Assembly: GCF_004010195.1 (NCBI RefSeq)
Contig: NC_057726.1
Location: 69,479,774-69,543,773, forward strand
Length of the DNA: 64,000 nucleotides
Direction of reading: 5' to 3'
Origin: Chiloscyllium plagiosum
Lineage: Eukaryota
Part shown: positions 28,156 to 41,609 of the stretch, in pieces
Layout: the number at the start of each line of letters is the position of its first letter
Numbering within the stretch: position 1 is the first letter of the stretch
Made by a program: the position numbers and the translations under genes
The notes under the pieces: model-generated
What the model was told of the DNA's origin: nothing
What the model saw: only the letters and a program-made list of their open reading frames with translations
Databases searched by the model: none

Positions 28156-29517
28156 TAGAGTCATAGAGTCATAGAGATGTACAGCACGGAAACAGACCCT
28201 TTGGTCCAACCAGTCCATGCCGACCAGATATCCCAACCCAATCTAGTCCCACCTGCCAGCACCCAGCCCATATCCGGCCGAACCCTTCCTATTCGTATAC
28301 CCATCCAAATGACTCTTAAATGTTGCTATTGTACCAGCCTCCCCCACTTCCTCTGGCAGCTCATTCCATACACGTACCACCTTCTGTGTGAAAACGTTGC
28401 ACCGTAGGTCTCTTTTATATATTTCCCCTCTAACCTATGCCCTCCAGTTCTGGATTCCTCCACCCCAGGGAAAATACTTTGTCTATTTACCCTATCCATG
28501 CCACTCATAATTTTGTAAACCTCTATAAGGTCACCCCTCAGCCTCCGACGCTCCAGGGAAAACAGCCCCAGCCTGTTCCGCCTTTCCCCATAGCTCAAAT
28601 CCTCCAACCCTGGCAACATCCTTGTAAATCTTTTCTGAACCATTTCCAGTTTCGCAACATCTTTCCGATAGGAAGGGGACCAGAATTGCACGCCTAACCA
28701 ATGTCCTGTAGAGCCGCAAAATGACCTCCCAACTCATGTACTCAATACTCTGACCAATAAAGGAAAGCATACCAAACACCTTCTTCGCTATCTTATCTAC
28801 CTGCGACTCCACTTTCAAGGAGCTATGCACCTGCACTCCAAGGTCTCTTTGTTCAGCAACACTCCCTAGGACATTACCATTAAGTATATAAGTCCTGCTA
28901 AGATTTGCTTTCCCAAAATGCAGCACTTCGCATTTATCTGAATTAAACTCCATCTGCCACTTCTCAGCCCATCGGCCCATCTGGTCCAGATCCTGTTGCA
29001 ATCTGAGGTAACCCTCTTCGCTGTCCACTACACCTCCAATTTTGGTGTCATCTGCAAACTTACGAACTGTACCTCTTATCCTCACATCCAAATCATTTAT
29101 GTAAATGACAAAAGGTAGAGGACCCAGCACTGGTCACAGGCCTCCAGTCTGAAAAACAATCCTCCACCACCATCCTCTGTCTTCTACCTTTGAACCAGTT
29201 CTGTATCCAAATGGCTAGTTGTCCCTGTATTCCGTGAGATCTAACCTTGCCTATCAGTCTCCCATGGGGAATCTTGTCGAACGCCTTACTGAAGTCCATA
29301 TAGATCACATCTACTGCTCTGTCCTCATCAACCTTCTTTGTTACTTCTTCAAAAAAAACTCAATCAAGTTTGGGAGAAATGATTTCCCACGCACAAAGCC
29401 ATGTTGATTATCCCTAATCCTGTCCCTCAGGATTCCCTCCAACATCTTGCCCACCACTGAGGTCAGGCTCCCTGGTCTATAGTTCCCTGGCTTGTCCTTA
29501 CCACCTTTCTTAAACAG
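28156..29517 (-). mobile_element. Young CR1/HER1 3' portion
   Basis: YMDFSKAFDK, KFADDTK, FWSPSYRKD and the (ctatgact)n tail. Confidence 0.92.
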
Positions 29518-30769
29518 TCAACCACAGTGAGTGGGAACCCATGGTTATGGAAGAAGGAAGCTTTGTCAACAGCATTGTTTTGGAAGGTGGTGTCATCTAA
29601 ACAGATATGACAAGGCAAAGGGACTGGGAGAATGGGATGGAATAATGGTACCACAGTTTTTGTCTTTAGTCCTCCAGATTCTCTCCTGTGCCCACAGAGG
29701 AATTTATTTTTTTCCAATTTTGTTCAGTTACTGATGGGTCCTGGGGATCATGGATTATATTCTATTGATCTTTCTCCCTTATTTCCCAACATCACTCACT
29801 CTCCTGCCTCACCCTGACTCATAGTTACTAGTCTCATTTGTCCAAGCGTGCACGTACACAGCTTTCATTGTCTGGTGACATTTCATTCTGTACCACTGGT
29901 AGCTCCCGTCCCAGATCGAGAACTAATGGAGAAGAGTTTGATCTCTTCTCCTTACCCAAGATTTTGCCTTTTGGGAACCCAAAATTGATCTTCATCCAAC
30001 AATAAACCACCAAGGCTTCATCTTCCAAATAAAAAAGGCTGAGCCAGTGCATTGTGCTGTTACAGAAATTATTTTTATGTCATCATAAAACCACAGGAGT
30101 GACTGTGAATTGTACCTATTTATGAAATGCCCCTTGTTGAACCACATGATTCACAATAATCCTCAACAAATGAAATTGTCCTGGTCTTATGACAGTTGTT
30201 TTATTATTCTAGCATATATGCGACGAGAAAATAGTTATAATTCGGATAGCATAATTTCTGTTTTCTTCATTGGACTTCTATGCATTTATTGGAGAAAGTG
30301 AGGACTGCAGATGCTGGAGACCAGAGTTGAAAAGTGTGGTGCTGGAAAAGCGCAGCAGGCCAGGCAGCATCCTGGCCTGCTGCGCTTTTCCAGTACCACA
30401 CTTTTCTATGCATTTATCGTCTAGTACCATTCAAAGAGCTTTACAAATTGTCACTGTTTGTCATCAATTACAATTAACCCGACACATTACCAACTTGTAA
30501 TTAAAAGGAAAGTGCACAAGAATGTTAGAAATATTTACAAATCGGAAGAGTCAGTGGATGGAGGAGCTGTAGGAATACTTCAAGTCTATTTATTGTTATC
30601 AGAACCGAGAAGGACTTTGCGATATAATATGTTTTTAAACAAAACCCAGGAAGGGGAAGAGTGAGGTGGTGTGTAGGGAGGGGCATTGGGGCGTGAGGAG
30701 TGATGGCAATAGGTATCTGTGGAGAATAGGAATTTAAAAAAGGTTAATTATATTACAATATGAACCACA

Positions 30770-32500
30770 GAAACATCGAAGATAGGAACAGGAGGAGGCC
30801 ATTCAGCCCTCTGAGCCTGCTCCACCATTCATCATCATCATACTTGATCATCCAACCCTATAGCCTGATCCTGCTTTCACCCCAAATCTTTGATCCCATT
30901 TGCCTCAAGTGCTATATCTAGCTACTTTTTGAGTGTATTCAATGCTTTGGCATCAACTACTTCCTGTGGTAATGAATTCCACGGACTTACCACTCTTTGG
31001 TGAAGAAATGGCTTCATATCTCCATCATAAATGGTCCACTCCGAATCCTCAGACTGTGACTGTTAGTTGATGCACTGATCGTTGGGAACATTCTCCCTCC
31101 ATTTACCCTGTGTATTCCTGTTAGAATTTTACAAATCTCTATTCGATCCCCCCTCACTCATCTGAACTCCAGGGAAAACAATTCTAACTTAGTCAATGTC
31201 TCCTCATGCGTCAGTCCCGCCATTCCTGGAATCAGCCTGTTAAACCTTCACTGCACTCCCTCAAGAACAAGACCATCCTTCCTCCGAAAAGAAGACCAAA
31301 ACTGCACATAATATTCCAGGTGTGGCCTTATCAAGACCCCATATAAGTACAACAACACATCCCTGCTCTTGTACATGAAATCTTTCACAATGAAGGCCAA
31401 CATGGCATTTGCCTTCATTGCCACCTGCTGCACCTACATGCTTAACTTCAACAAAACCTTCTTGTTTTGCTTCCAAAGTGAATAACCTCACAATTATCCA
31501 ACTTGCACTGTCTCTGCCATTGGATTGCCCACTCACCCAACCTGTCCAGATCATGCTGAAGGATCTCTGCATCCTCATCACAGTTCACCCTCCCACCCAA
31601 CTTAGTATCATCAGCAAACTTTGAGATGTTACATTTTGTTCCCCATCCAAATCATTAATAGATATTGTGAATAACACGGGTCCTAGCATCGAGCCCTGTG
31701 GCACCCCACCAGTTACTGCCTGCCAATTTGAAACGGACCCATTAACTCCTACTCTTTACTTCCCCTCTGACAACTAAATTTTCATCCATTTCAAAACACT
31801 TCACCTCATGCCATGTGCTTCAGTCGTACACAATATGCTCTTCTGCGGGACTTTGTCAAGCGCTTTCTGAAAGTCCAAGTATACCACATTGACTGGCTAT
31901 ACCTTGAAAACGCTACTAGTTGCAAGTTTGCAGGATTTCAATAGTGGCTCAGTGGTGCCTCACAGCGCTAGGAACCTGGGTTCGATTCCAGTCCATGGTG
32001 ACTGCATGGAGTATGCAATTCTTCCTGTGTCTGCTTGGCTTTATTTCGGTTGCTCTGGTTTTGTACAACAGTCCAAAGATGTGCAGGTTAGGTGAATTGG
32101 CCATGCTAGATTGCCCATAGTGTTCAGGATGTGTAGGTTGGGTGTATTAGTTACAGATAAATACAGGGTAGGGGATGTGTTTGGTTGGGTTACTCTTTGG
32201 AAGGTCATTTTGGATTTGTTGGGCTGAAGGGCCTGTTTCCACATTGTAGGGATTCAATTCTATTCTACTTGTCAAGAATGACTTCCCCTTCATAAATCCA
32301 TGCTGACTCTGATGCTTTCCATTTGCTCTGCAATATAGTCCTTGATAATGGATTCCCAATTGTTCCTCACTACTGATGTTAGGCTTACTGGTCTAGTCAT
32401 AGTCATAAACTATAATTCCTTGGTTTCTCTCTACCTCACTTTTAGAATGTTAGACTAACATTAGCTACCTTCCAATTTGCAGTAATGTAGCAGAGTCTTC
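30770..32500 (-). mobile_element. CR1 fragment with a plus-strand V-SINE inserted at about 31945-32255
   Basis: RPHLEYYVQFWS, QHGFMKGKS. Confidence 0.8.
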
Positions 32501-33248
32501 AGACTTAAATTGCAATTTAAGCAAAGTTATGCCATGAAAATAGCATTTGAAGAATATCATCACTATGATGAAAACAGCTATACATTCATTATTTTCCATA
32601 GAGAATAACCATACCACAACACACAAAAGCAGATAAATAATAAAGCAGGTGAACCTTTACTTTATGCACATACAGAACAAAATAAGTGTAAAGTTCCAAA
32701 AAAAAAATTTTAAATCGAGACCAGAAAAAGATAAAATAAAACATATTGTGCCAGAATACTGTCCGAATGAAACGCTAGTTTTATACAGCAGCCTTTTCTT
32801 CAGGGTCATACCTACTGCACATACCTTCTGTGTCATAAGAAAGTCGGGTTCTTTTTCCATAAAATAAAATAAATGGATCTCAGATGGGGAAATACAAACT
32901 ACTGAGTCACTCTTTTTATCTAACAACAAAGACTACTGTACCTTAAGTAGAATCAACTTTCAGATTAGTTGCATGTTAATCTTAGAATTTAGTCTTAGTC
33001 GGAAGACGCAGCTACAAGCTTTGCGAAATTCAGTCACGAAAAATCTCACTTATTTACAGCAAAATTTGAAGCAACAAACGAAAAATCTGATTTGAGCCTT
33101 GTATATTTTTTAATTATTTCACACTCCTACATTTCATTTTTTTTTGACCAGGTGAGAGATTTTTTTTGTCTATACACCCACATTTTGCCATTTGGTGCTG
33201 CAATGTCGTTGCTTGTTTTCAATTTACATTTCCGCGGATTAGTTTGTT

Positions 33249-33277
33249 TTAATTTTCTGTGTTTGCAATATTCTTCC
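33249..33277 (-). pseudogene. Gene 2 putative terminal exon (GKNIANTEN*)
   Basis: Homologous to 49397-49425 with the same acceptor and stop positions. Flanks 32500-33530 align to 48700-49660. Confidence 0.4.
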
Positions 33278-33609
33278 CTGTAGGGTTGCGCTAACAAAAA
33301 TAAAAATATTTCAGTTAATGTTTACAGGTTTTGGATTTAATCTCAAATCGGGTAATGTAAACTGCCTTTAGGATATCTGTACACATTATGCATACTGTAT
33401 ATCGATGGGCAAGCATTTCCAAGTTACATTTGAAGTTGTACACAAAGGTAAGTAAAAGAACTATCCTTGGATTTCTGGCTTGTATTTTTAAAGAAAGCGT
33501 AGAAAGTGCACCAGGATCAATGCACTGATTAGATTAGATTAGATTAGATTCTGGATCAGTGCTGCTGGAAGAGCACAGCAATTCAGGCAGCATCCGAGGA
33601 CAGGCAAAA

Positions 33610-33640
33610 TCGACGTTTCGGGCAAAAGCCCTTCATCAGG
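33610..33640 (-). ncRNA. Minimal type-I hammerhead ribozyme motif in PLE-derived element
   Basis: CUGAUGA-A-GGGC UUUU GCCC-GAAA-CG-UC. Stem I is short and imperfect. Confidence 0.65.
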
Positions 33641-34009
33641 AATAAAGGCAGAGAGCCTGAAGCATGGAGAGATAAGCTAGAGGAGGGTGGGGGTGGGGAG
33701 AGAGTACATTTCCGCGGATTAGTTTGTTTTAATTTTCTGTGTTTGCAATATTCTTCCCTGTCCGGGTTGCGCTAACAAAAATAAAAATATTTCAGTTAAT
33801 GTTTACAGGTTTTGGATTTAATCTCAAATCGGGTAATGTAAGCTGCCTTTAGGATATCTGTACACATTATGCATACTGTATATCGATGGACAAGCATTTC
33901 CAAGTTACATTTGAAGTTGTACACAAAGGTAAGTAAAAGAACTATCCTTGGATTTCTGGCTTGTATTTTTAAAGAAAGCGTACAAAGTGCACCAGGATCA
34001 ATGCACTGA

Positions 34010-34291
34010 TTAGATTAGATTAGATTAGATTACAGTGTGGAAACAGGCCCTTCGGCTCAACAAGTCCACACCGACCCGCCGAAGCGCAACCCACACATAT
34101 CCCTACCCCTACATTTACATTTTCCCCCTTACTTAACACTACAGGGAGGAAACCGGAGTACCCGGAGGAAACCCACGCAGACACGGGGAGAACGTGCAAA
34201 CTCCACACAGTCAGTCACCTGAGGCGCGAACTGAACCCGGGCCTCTGGCGCTGAGGCAGCAGTGCTAACCACTCTGCCACCGTGCCGCCCA
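34010..34291 (-). mobile_element. HE1-type V-SINE with internal deletion
   Basis: Head, core and tail. Confidence 0.9.
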
Positions 34292-34459
34292 TTGGTACAG
34301 TATAAAAGGAGACCATTGATGCCATTGTCTGGACTGACTTTCGGAATGAACAACTCGCTAAGTGCAGTTCTTCCACTTCCAGTAACATCACACATCTGTT
34401 TCACAACTTTCACTTTTTAGCTATTTTGTTCATAATGCAGATATTCTCTTTTTGCAATC

Positions 34460-36390
34460 GTCGGGGAACATCCCCACTTCTGACGTTATGACAGAGGGAA
34501 GGTCATTGATGAATCAGCTGTAGATTTTTGGGCCTCGGACACTACCCTGAGGGTCGCCTGCAGAGATGTCCTGGAGTTGAGATGACTGACCATCCACGAC
34601 AATAACCATTTTCCTTTGTGCCAGGTATGACTCTAACCAATGGAGTGTTTGCCCCCAATACCATTGATTCCAGTATGGCCAGGGCTCCTTGATGACATAA
34701 TTGGTCAAATGCGGCCTTGATATCAAGGGATGTCACTCTCACCTCACCTCTGGAATTCAGCTCTTCTGCCAATGTTTAAACCAAGGCTGTAATGAGATCA
34801 GGAGCTGAGTGACCCTGGTGAAACCCAAACTGGGCAATACTGAGCTGGTTTTTGCTGAGTAGGTGTTGCTTGATAGCATTGTTGATGACCCCTCACTTCA
34901 CTTAACTGCTGATGGAGAATAAACTAATTGGGCGGCAATTGGCCAGGTTGGATTTGTCCTGATTTTTGTGTACAGGACATATGTGGCAATTTTCCACATT
35001 GTCGGGTAGATGCCAGTATTGTAACTGTACTGGAAGAGCTTGTCTAGGGGAGTGGCATGCCTTCAGTGTTGTTGCTGGATGCTATCAAGGCCCCTCGCCT
35101 TTGCAGTATACAGTACCTCCAGCTGTTTCTTGATATCACATTGAGTGAATCGAATTGGCTGGAGATTGATAACTCTGATGCTGGGGACCACTGGTCGAGT
35201 CCGAGATGGATCATCCACTTGGCATTTATGACTGAAGATTGTTGTGAACGTGTAAGCCTTATCTTTTGCACTGATCTGCTGAGCTCCTTCATCATTGAGG
35301 ATGGGGATATTTGTGCAGACTCCTCCTGCAATGAGTTGTTTAATTGTCCACCACAATTCATCCACCACTGGATGTCGAAGGACTGCAGAGCTTAGATTTG
35401 ATCTGTTGATTATGGGCTTGTTTAGCTCTGTCTATCAAATGCTATTTATGCCAATTGACATGCAACTAGTCCAGTTTGGTAACTTCACTAGTTTGACACC
35501 TCATTTTCAGGTATGCCTGATGCTGCTCCTGGCATGCCCTACTGCACACTCCATTGAACCAGAGTTGATCCCCTAGCTTGATGGTAATGGTTGAGTGAGG
35601 CATATGCCAGGCCATGAGGTTGCAAACTGTGCTGGAGTACAGTTCTGCTGCTGTTGATGACCCACAATGCCTCATGGATGCCCAGTCTCGAGCTGCTAGA
35701 TTGGTTCAGTGTCTGTCCCATTTAGCACGATGATAGTGTCTCGCAGCATAATGGAGGTTATTCTCAATGTGAAGGTGGGACTTCATCTCCACAAGGACAG
35801 TGTGGTGGTCAATTTTACCTAATTGTCATGGACAGATCCTTCAGAGCTGGCAGGTTAGTAAGGATGAGGACGTGTGTTTTTTTTCCTCTTGTTGGGTTCC
35901 TTCCCTAATGCTGCAGAACCAGTCTAGCCATTATATCCTTTACAGCCCGACCAGCTGGATCAGCAATGCTGCTGCCAAGCCACTCTTGGTGGTGGACATT
36001 GACTTCCCCACCCATTTTGCGCCCTTGCCACCCTCAGTGCTTCCTCCAAATGTTGTTCAACATGGAGGAGTACTGATTCATCAGCCAAAGGAGGACAGTA
36101 CATGATAACCAGTAAAAGGTTTCCTTGCCCATATTTAACCTGAAGCCATGAATCTTAATGGGGTCCTGAGTCAAGGATTCCCAGGGCAACTCCCTACCAA
36201 TAGTATTCCAACCTCTGCTGGGACTGGAGGACAGGACATAGCCAGCAATGATACTGGTGGTGTCTGGGGTGTTATCTGTAGGGTATCATTCCATGAGTAT
36301 GACTATGTCAGACTCTTGGTTGACTGATCTGTGAGACAGATCTCACAATTTCAGCACGAGCTCCCAGATATTGGTAAGGAGTACTTTGCA
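34460..36390 (-). mobile_element. Decayed LINE ORF2 of a distinct CR1/L2-group family
   Basis: VRVTSLDIKAAFD, WLESYL, SAGDPQGSV. Confidence 0.8.
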
Positions 36391-36470
36391 ATAAGCCTTA
36401 ATGATTATTTATTTTAAAACAGGTCATTAAATTTGCAATTTTGCTAAAGTTATCACAAATTCATAGGTTT

Positions 36471-36747
36471 GTGTTGTGGTTCTGTTCACCGAGCTGGGAA
36501 TTTGTGTTGCAGACGTTTCGTCCCCTGTCTAAGTGACATCCTCAGTGTTTAGGAGCCTCCTGAGAAGCGCTTCTGTGATGCTTCCTCCGGCAACAAACCA
36601 CTCTAAATGCCGGAGGAAACATCACAGATGTTGCCAGATGTCACCTAGACAGGGGACGAAACGTCTGCAACACAAATTCCCAGCTCGGTGTACAGAACCA
36701 CAACAACAAGCACCCGAGCTACAAATCTTCTCACAAACTTTGAACAT
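36471..36747. mobile_element. Palindromic PLE-derived element with hammerhead-like motif and target-site duplication tcataggttt
   Basis: Arms 36473-36540 and 36637-36704. Minus strand reads CUGAGGA..GUC/GAC..GAAACGUC. Confidence 0.75.
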
Positions 36748-36784
36748 CATAGGTTTTTTAAAATAGAATTGAAATTAAATTTTA

Positions 36785-36870
36785 ACATTAAAGACAGTGA
36801 GGCAATGAACAGAAAAAATGTTTGAACTATGATATGGAGGTGCTGGTGTTTCATAGGACAAAGTATTTGT
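36785..36870 (-). pseudogene. Possible decayed TM exon of gene 2 (HLHIIVQTFFLFIASLSLML)
   Basis: Hydrophobic frame at roughly the position equivalent to the gene 1 TM exon once repeats are removed. No valid splice sites found. Confidence 0.2.
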
Positions 36871-38953
36871 AAAAGATCAAAGTGTCATACACCTGATGCG
36901 ATGCTTGTGTTTTAGCTGTTGTCTTTTGTCCGGTTCCAAGGTCAGTGGTCTGTCTGGTTTCATTTCTTTGTTATGACTTTCCAGTGATTGAGACAACTGA
37001 GTGACTTGCTATGCTATTTCAGAGGGCAGTTGGGAGTCAAACACATTGCTGTGGCTCTGGAGTCACATGTAGGCCAGACCAGGTATTGATGGCAAATTTC
37101 CTTCCCTAAAGAACATTAGTGAACCAGATGAGTTTTTTTTTCCTGACAATTGACAACTTCTTTCAAGTCACAGCCCCAAGATAACTTAAGATTTTATGAA
37201 ACAAAAGTGACGTCTCAGGTCAGACAATGCAATAAAGATGTGAGGTTAGAGTCTGTCTGCATCCCAAACTTGAGTCAGACTGGTTCTATTTCCATACTAG
37301 GAATTTATAAAATATCACATGGACAGACTGCCTACAGATTATGTGTTTATTGAACAAAATAGAATGTATCTGAAGTTATCTCTGGACTGTGACATGAAAG
37401 AAGTTCTGGGATTTACACATTAATCAATCAAAACCTGCATCCCCATTCTAAGTGATTAAAGACGTACCAGCAATCTAGGTTTGCTCAATACATCACATCA
37501 GTTGTGTGACATTTTGATCTTTTACAAAACATTCTGTGTCCCAAGGTCTTGCCACATTAGTTACCTGACAAAGGAGCAGTGTTCCGAAAGCTTGTACTTC
37601 CAACTAAACCTGTTGGACTAAAACCTGGTGCTCTGGGATTTTTAACTTTGTCCACCCCAGTCCAACACCAGCACCGCCACATCATAGTTCCTCAAGATGA
37701 AACATGTTTCTGTTTGTTAAAATTTAATAGAAGTTCCATTTTAAAATCTATGAAGTTTTGATAACTTCAGTAAAATTGCAAATTTAAGGATCTGATTTAA
37801 AATAAATCATCCTTAAGGCACATTTGTCTGTGTTCTCTGGCTTGTATTCCTCATATTAATGTAAAATAAATTGCACTATAAAATTTAGGAAAATATCACA
37901 ACTATTCCACATGATTTCAGCAAATTGTTCGCAGAAACTGGTCTATTTTCTATGGATCTAAGTAAAATATAACTCAAGCGTAAAATACCATGCCTCATTA
38001 ATGTAAGCTCCATCAATTTGCTCGTGTACTTATTGGAAGTTTTGATTTCACAAAGTGTAATATTTGCTTCAAAAACAGAAATTGCTGGAAAGGCTCAGCA
38101 GGTCTGGCAGCATCCATGGAAAAAAATCAGAATTTACATTTTGGGTTCAGTGACTCATTTGGGTTCAGTGACTTATTTGGTTCTCATTTCTCTTGTCTGA
38201 TGTTGCTCGACCTGCTAAGCTTTTCCATCAATTTCTGTTTTTGTTTCTGGTTTCCAGCATCTGCAGTTCTTTTGTTTTTTATGAAATACCTGCTTGCTTG
38301 TTTTCGATATATCTCCTCATGAATTTGATGAGGAGATATATACCTGCTGCAGAATAATTGATTTTACACGGGGAATATTATGAAAATGCTTACAAGCAGG
38401 TTTTAAATAGAATCTAAGAACTCGGTAATTGTACATTCCCTGCGCAATCAAGACATCCACTAAAAAGTATTATTTATCGAGGGATTTTAAAATTATTATT
38501 AATTTTCTCTGTATCGATTTGGTTGAACGTTTGAAACATATTCCTTTCTTTAGAGTGGAGGTTAGGCTGAGAATTGATTTCTAAAAGAATATCGGGATAA
38601 AAGTGATAATTATGTCAACTAAAAGCATCAGGTCAGAAGTCACAAAACATCAGGTTACAGTCCAACATGTTTATTTGAAATCACAAGCTTTCGAAGCGCC
38701 GCCCCTTCGCAGGTAAACTGTGAAGGAGCAGGGCTGCCACAGCTTGTGATTTCAATTAAACTTGACTGACGATAACCTGGCGTCGTGTGACTTCTGACCT
38801 TGTCCACTTGAGTCTATTACCGACACCTCCACATCATAAAAGCCACCATAAAGAGGTAGAAGTGTGCGCCATATGGTCAATGAAATAAAGGTGAATGATC
38901 AGGCTAGACTGGCGAAATGATGTTGGTGGTAGAAATGATTTTTTAAAATAATG

Positions 38954-39542
38954 CTACGGTGGGCATCGTTTTGGATTCAGGGATAATAATTAAATGTCAA
39001 TGCTCCTTGGATCAATTGTATTTTCAATGTGCTCAATGTTTTTGTCAGGCATGCAAACAGTAAAAAACGTTGTCCACGGCTTTCTGTGAGCATATACAGT
39101 GCGATGGGCAACAAATGCCTATGTAAGGAAAGACATGGTAACAAATATTGCCAATGATGGTTTATCGCAGAAAACAAACCTTGGTGGCTAGAAGTAAATG
39201 AAAATATAGGTTAAGAATGCGGGGAAAGGTGGCATAGAAACAAATCCTCTGGCAAAGTCTGCTATTCAGAGAATTCGGAGTTAGGTGGATTAATTTGTGG
39301 AGGTGCAAGTGACAGGAACTACGGTGGGCATCGTTTTGGATTCAGGGATAATAATTAAATGGTAACAAATATTGCCAATGATGGTTTATCGCAGAAAACA
39401 AACCTTGGTGGCTAGAAGTAAATGAAAATATAGGTTAAGAATGCGGGGAAAGGTGGCATAGAAACAAATCCTCTGGCAAAGTCTGCTATTCAGAGAATTC
39501 GGAGTTAGGTGGATTAATTTGTGGAGGTGCAAGTGACAGGAA
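38954..39542 (+). repeat. Tandem duplication with internal deletion
   Basis: 38954-38996 plus 39137-39318 are repeated contiguously at 39319-39542. Confidence 0.9.
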
Positions 39543-39953
39543 ATGGCATGGGTGCAAATTCGGTTCCCCATTCAAAGCACCACACTGATATGACAGACTA
39601 AATGTGGGTCGATTGCCAAATTTGAGACAAGTTACAAAGTGAGTATCCGTGTGTTTAGTTTGGGAGTCACTTTGCGGTTACCACGCAGTTACAGTCTCTG
39701 TAGTTGGCGGGGCTTGCAATCTGCTGGAAGTTTCATATATTCTAAATTCTATAAGCTCAGCAATTTCGTTTATCCCAACTGTAAATCTTGTGATCGCCTC
39801 CAAACAAATGAAATTGTTCTTTACACGGCATCGAATTTGTGACCAACGAATGTCAAGCAAGAATGTTAGTCGATCATTTTCAGGGAGCTGACATTTTGTC
39901 TTCAGTGGAGTTTATGGATCTAAGAGCTACCGCATGGCAGATACGTTTAGTCA

Positions 39954-40146
39954 GAGAAAAAGTGAGGACTGCAGATGCTGGAGATCAGAGCTGAAAATGT
40001 GTTGCTGGAAAAGCGCAGCAGGTCAGGCAGCATCCAGCATCATTCAGGAATCTGATTCCTGAAGAAGGGCTTATGCCGAAACGTCGATTCTCCTGTTCCT
40101 TGGATTCTGCCTGACCTGCTGCGCTTTTCCAGCAACACATTTTCAG
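39954..40146. mobile_element. Fold-back PLE-derived element with hammerhead motif (40059-40087, +) and 15-bp target-site duplication agatacgtttagtca
   Basis: CUGAAGA..GGC UUAU GCC GAAACGUC, inverted arms and flanking direct repeat. Confidence 0.8.
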
Positions 40147-40627
40147 ATACGTTTAGTCACCCTAGTTTTTAATTTATCACAACTTCAGTGCCCGGGGTTT
40201 CAAATGTGCTTTAAAAAATACATAACAATCGCTTTGAGTATGTTATGAAAAGCCTGTTTAATCAGCATATCCACAGACGATATTCTTAACTCAAAATTGA
40301 GCAATATATTTACAAATGGCAATTTCCTTTTGGGTCCTTCAGGACTCTCACTGATGATAAAATCTTCACTTTGTAAACTTTGTAAAAGACTTTGTAAATG
40401 ACTTTATCATGAATATCGCGAGTGCAATTTCGAGGTTCATGGATGAAAAACTATATTGTGATGACTGTGTAGTGGTCGACTGTGCCGAGTGCTGGAGGTG
40501 ATGTTAAAGCCACACATCCTTAAAATTGCTGTTGATCGCAAATTGCGGATGGACTGCACATTTTGGCGAAACAACTGGGAGAGGCAATAAATTCTAAACG
40601 CACTATTCTGAGACAAATAAGGTAGAA

Positions 40628-40886
40628 CCTCGGGCAACTGTCTGTGTGGAGTTTGCACATTCTCCCCGTGTCTCCGTAGGGTTTCCCGGGGTGCTGCGGT
40701 TTCCTCCCACAGTCCAAAGATGTGCAAGTTAGGTGAATTGGCCGTGCTAGATTACCCATAGCGTTCGGTGCACTAGTCAGAGGGAAATGGGTCTGGGTGG
40801 GTTACTCTTCGGAGGGTCGGTGTGGACTTGTTGGGCCGAAGGGCCTATTTCTACACTGTTGGGAATGTAGTCTAATCTAATCTAAC
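40628..40886 (+). mobile_element. HE1-type V-SINE, 5'-truncated
   Basis: V core and tail. Confidence 0.85.
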
Positions 40887-41609
40887 AAACCTCAAGATGC
40901 ATATTCAGCTGTCTCTGCATTGTATAGTCGATCGTCTGTTGTTTGAGTAACTGTTTAGTTCTGGTGTAGTTTTTTTCTGCCATCTTAGTACCAAGTCAAA
41001 ATGATATGCCTCGGATAAAAAGGAGATGCCGAGTATTTAAACAGCAAGACGATAGGGTGCTATTGTGATGTACCCGCCGACAATCATATTGAACAATAAA
41101 AGCAGAGTTATATGAAACGATTGAATATCACTCATTGGATCTCCATTGCAGTATTAAACCGAATTCTGGCTATCAGAGTTTAGCAATCGTGTCACAAGAC
41201 CGTGAAGAAGATACAGAGAACATTTCCATGAATGCACGCCTTCAGGATTTAGGGAGATTGCAGAAGTTCGGGTTTTAATATGCTGGCGGAGGGAGGTTAG
41301 TGTACTCGAAAAGGAAACTGGAACTGCTTCATCTAAAGACCGCATATGTCGGCCAAAAGCATATGTTTACAATACTCTCAGGGCAAAAAGGAGAGAAAAC
41401 CCATAAAACTACACACGGATTCTAGAAAAACTAAGAATTTGCATAGAAAATGTGGACAACAGACATTGAATATTTTCTTGAATTGTAGTCATTTATAAGT
41501 ATAAATAACAAACTGCGGTAAGGGTCCAAACCACCCAGCACCAGCAATGAAACGGTTCTTGGATCCCGGTCTCAGTGTGCATTATTAAGGACATGGTTCC
41601 AGTAGGATT

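Larger units (their letters stand above)
26975..29650 (-). mobile_element. Penelope-like element paralogous to 965-1930, split by later insertions
   Basis: GIY-YIG domain NLVYCIHCTQCGIRYIGQTKTRLGDSF at 27003-27326, with further pieces at 27970-28155 and 29518-29650. Confidence 0.85.
33225..34030 (+). repeat. About 325-bp near-identical tandem duplication (33225-33550 and 33705-34030) flanking a PLE-derived element
   Basis: Direct comparison. Confidence 0.9.
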
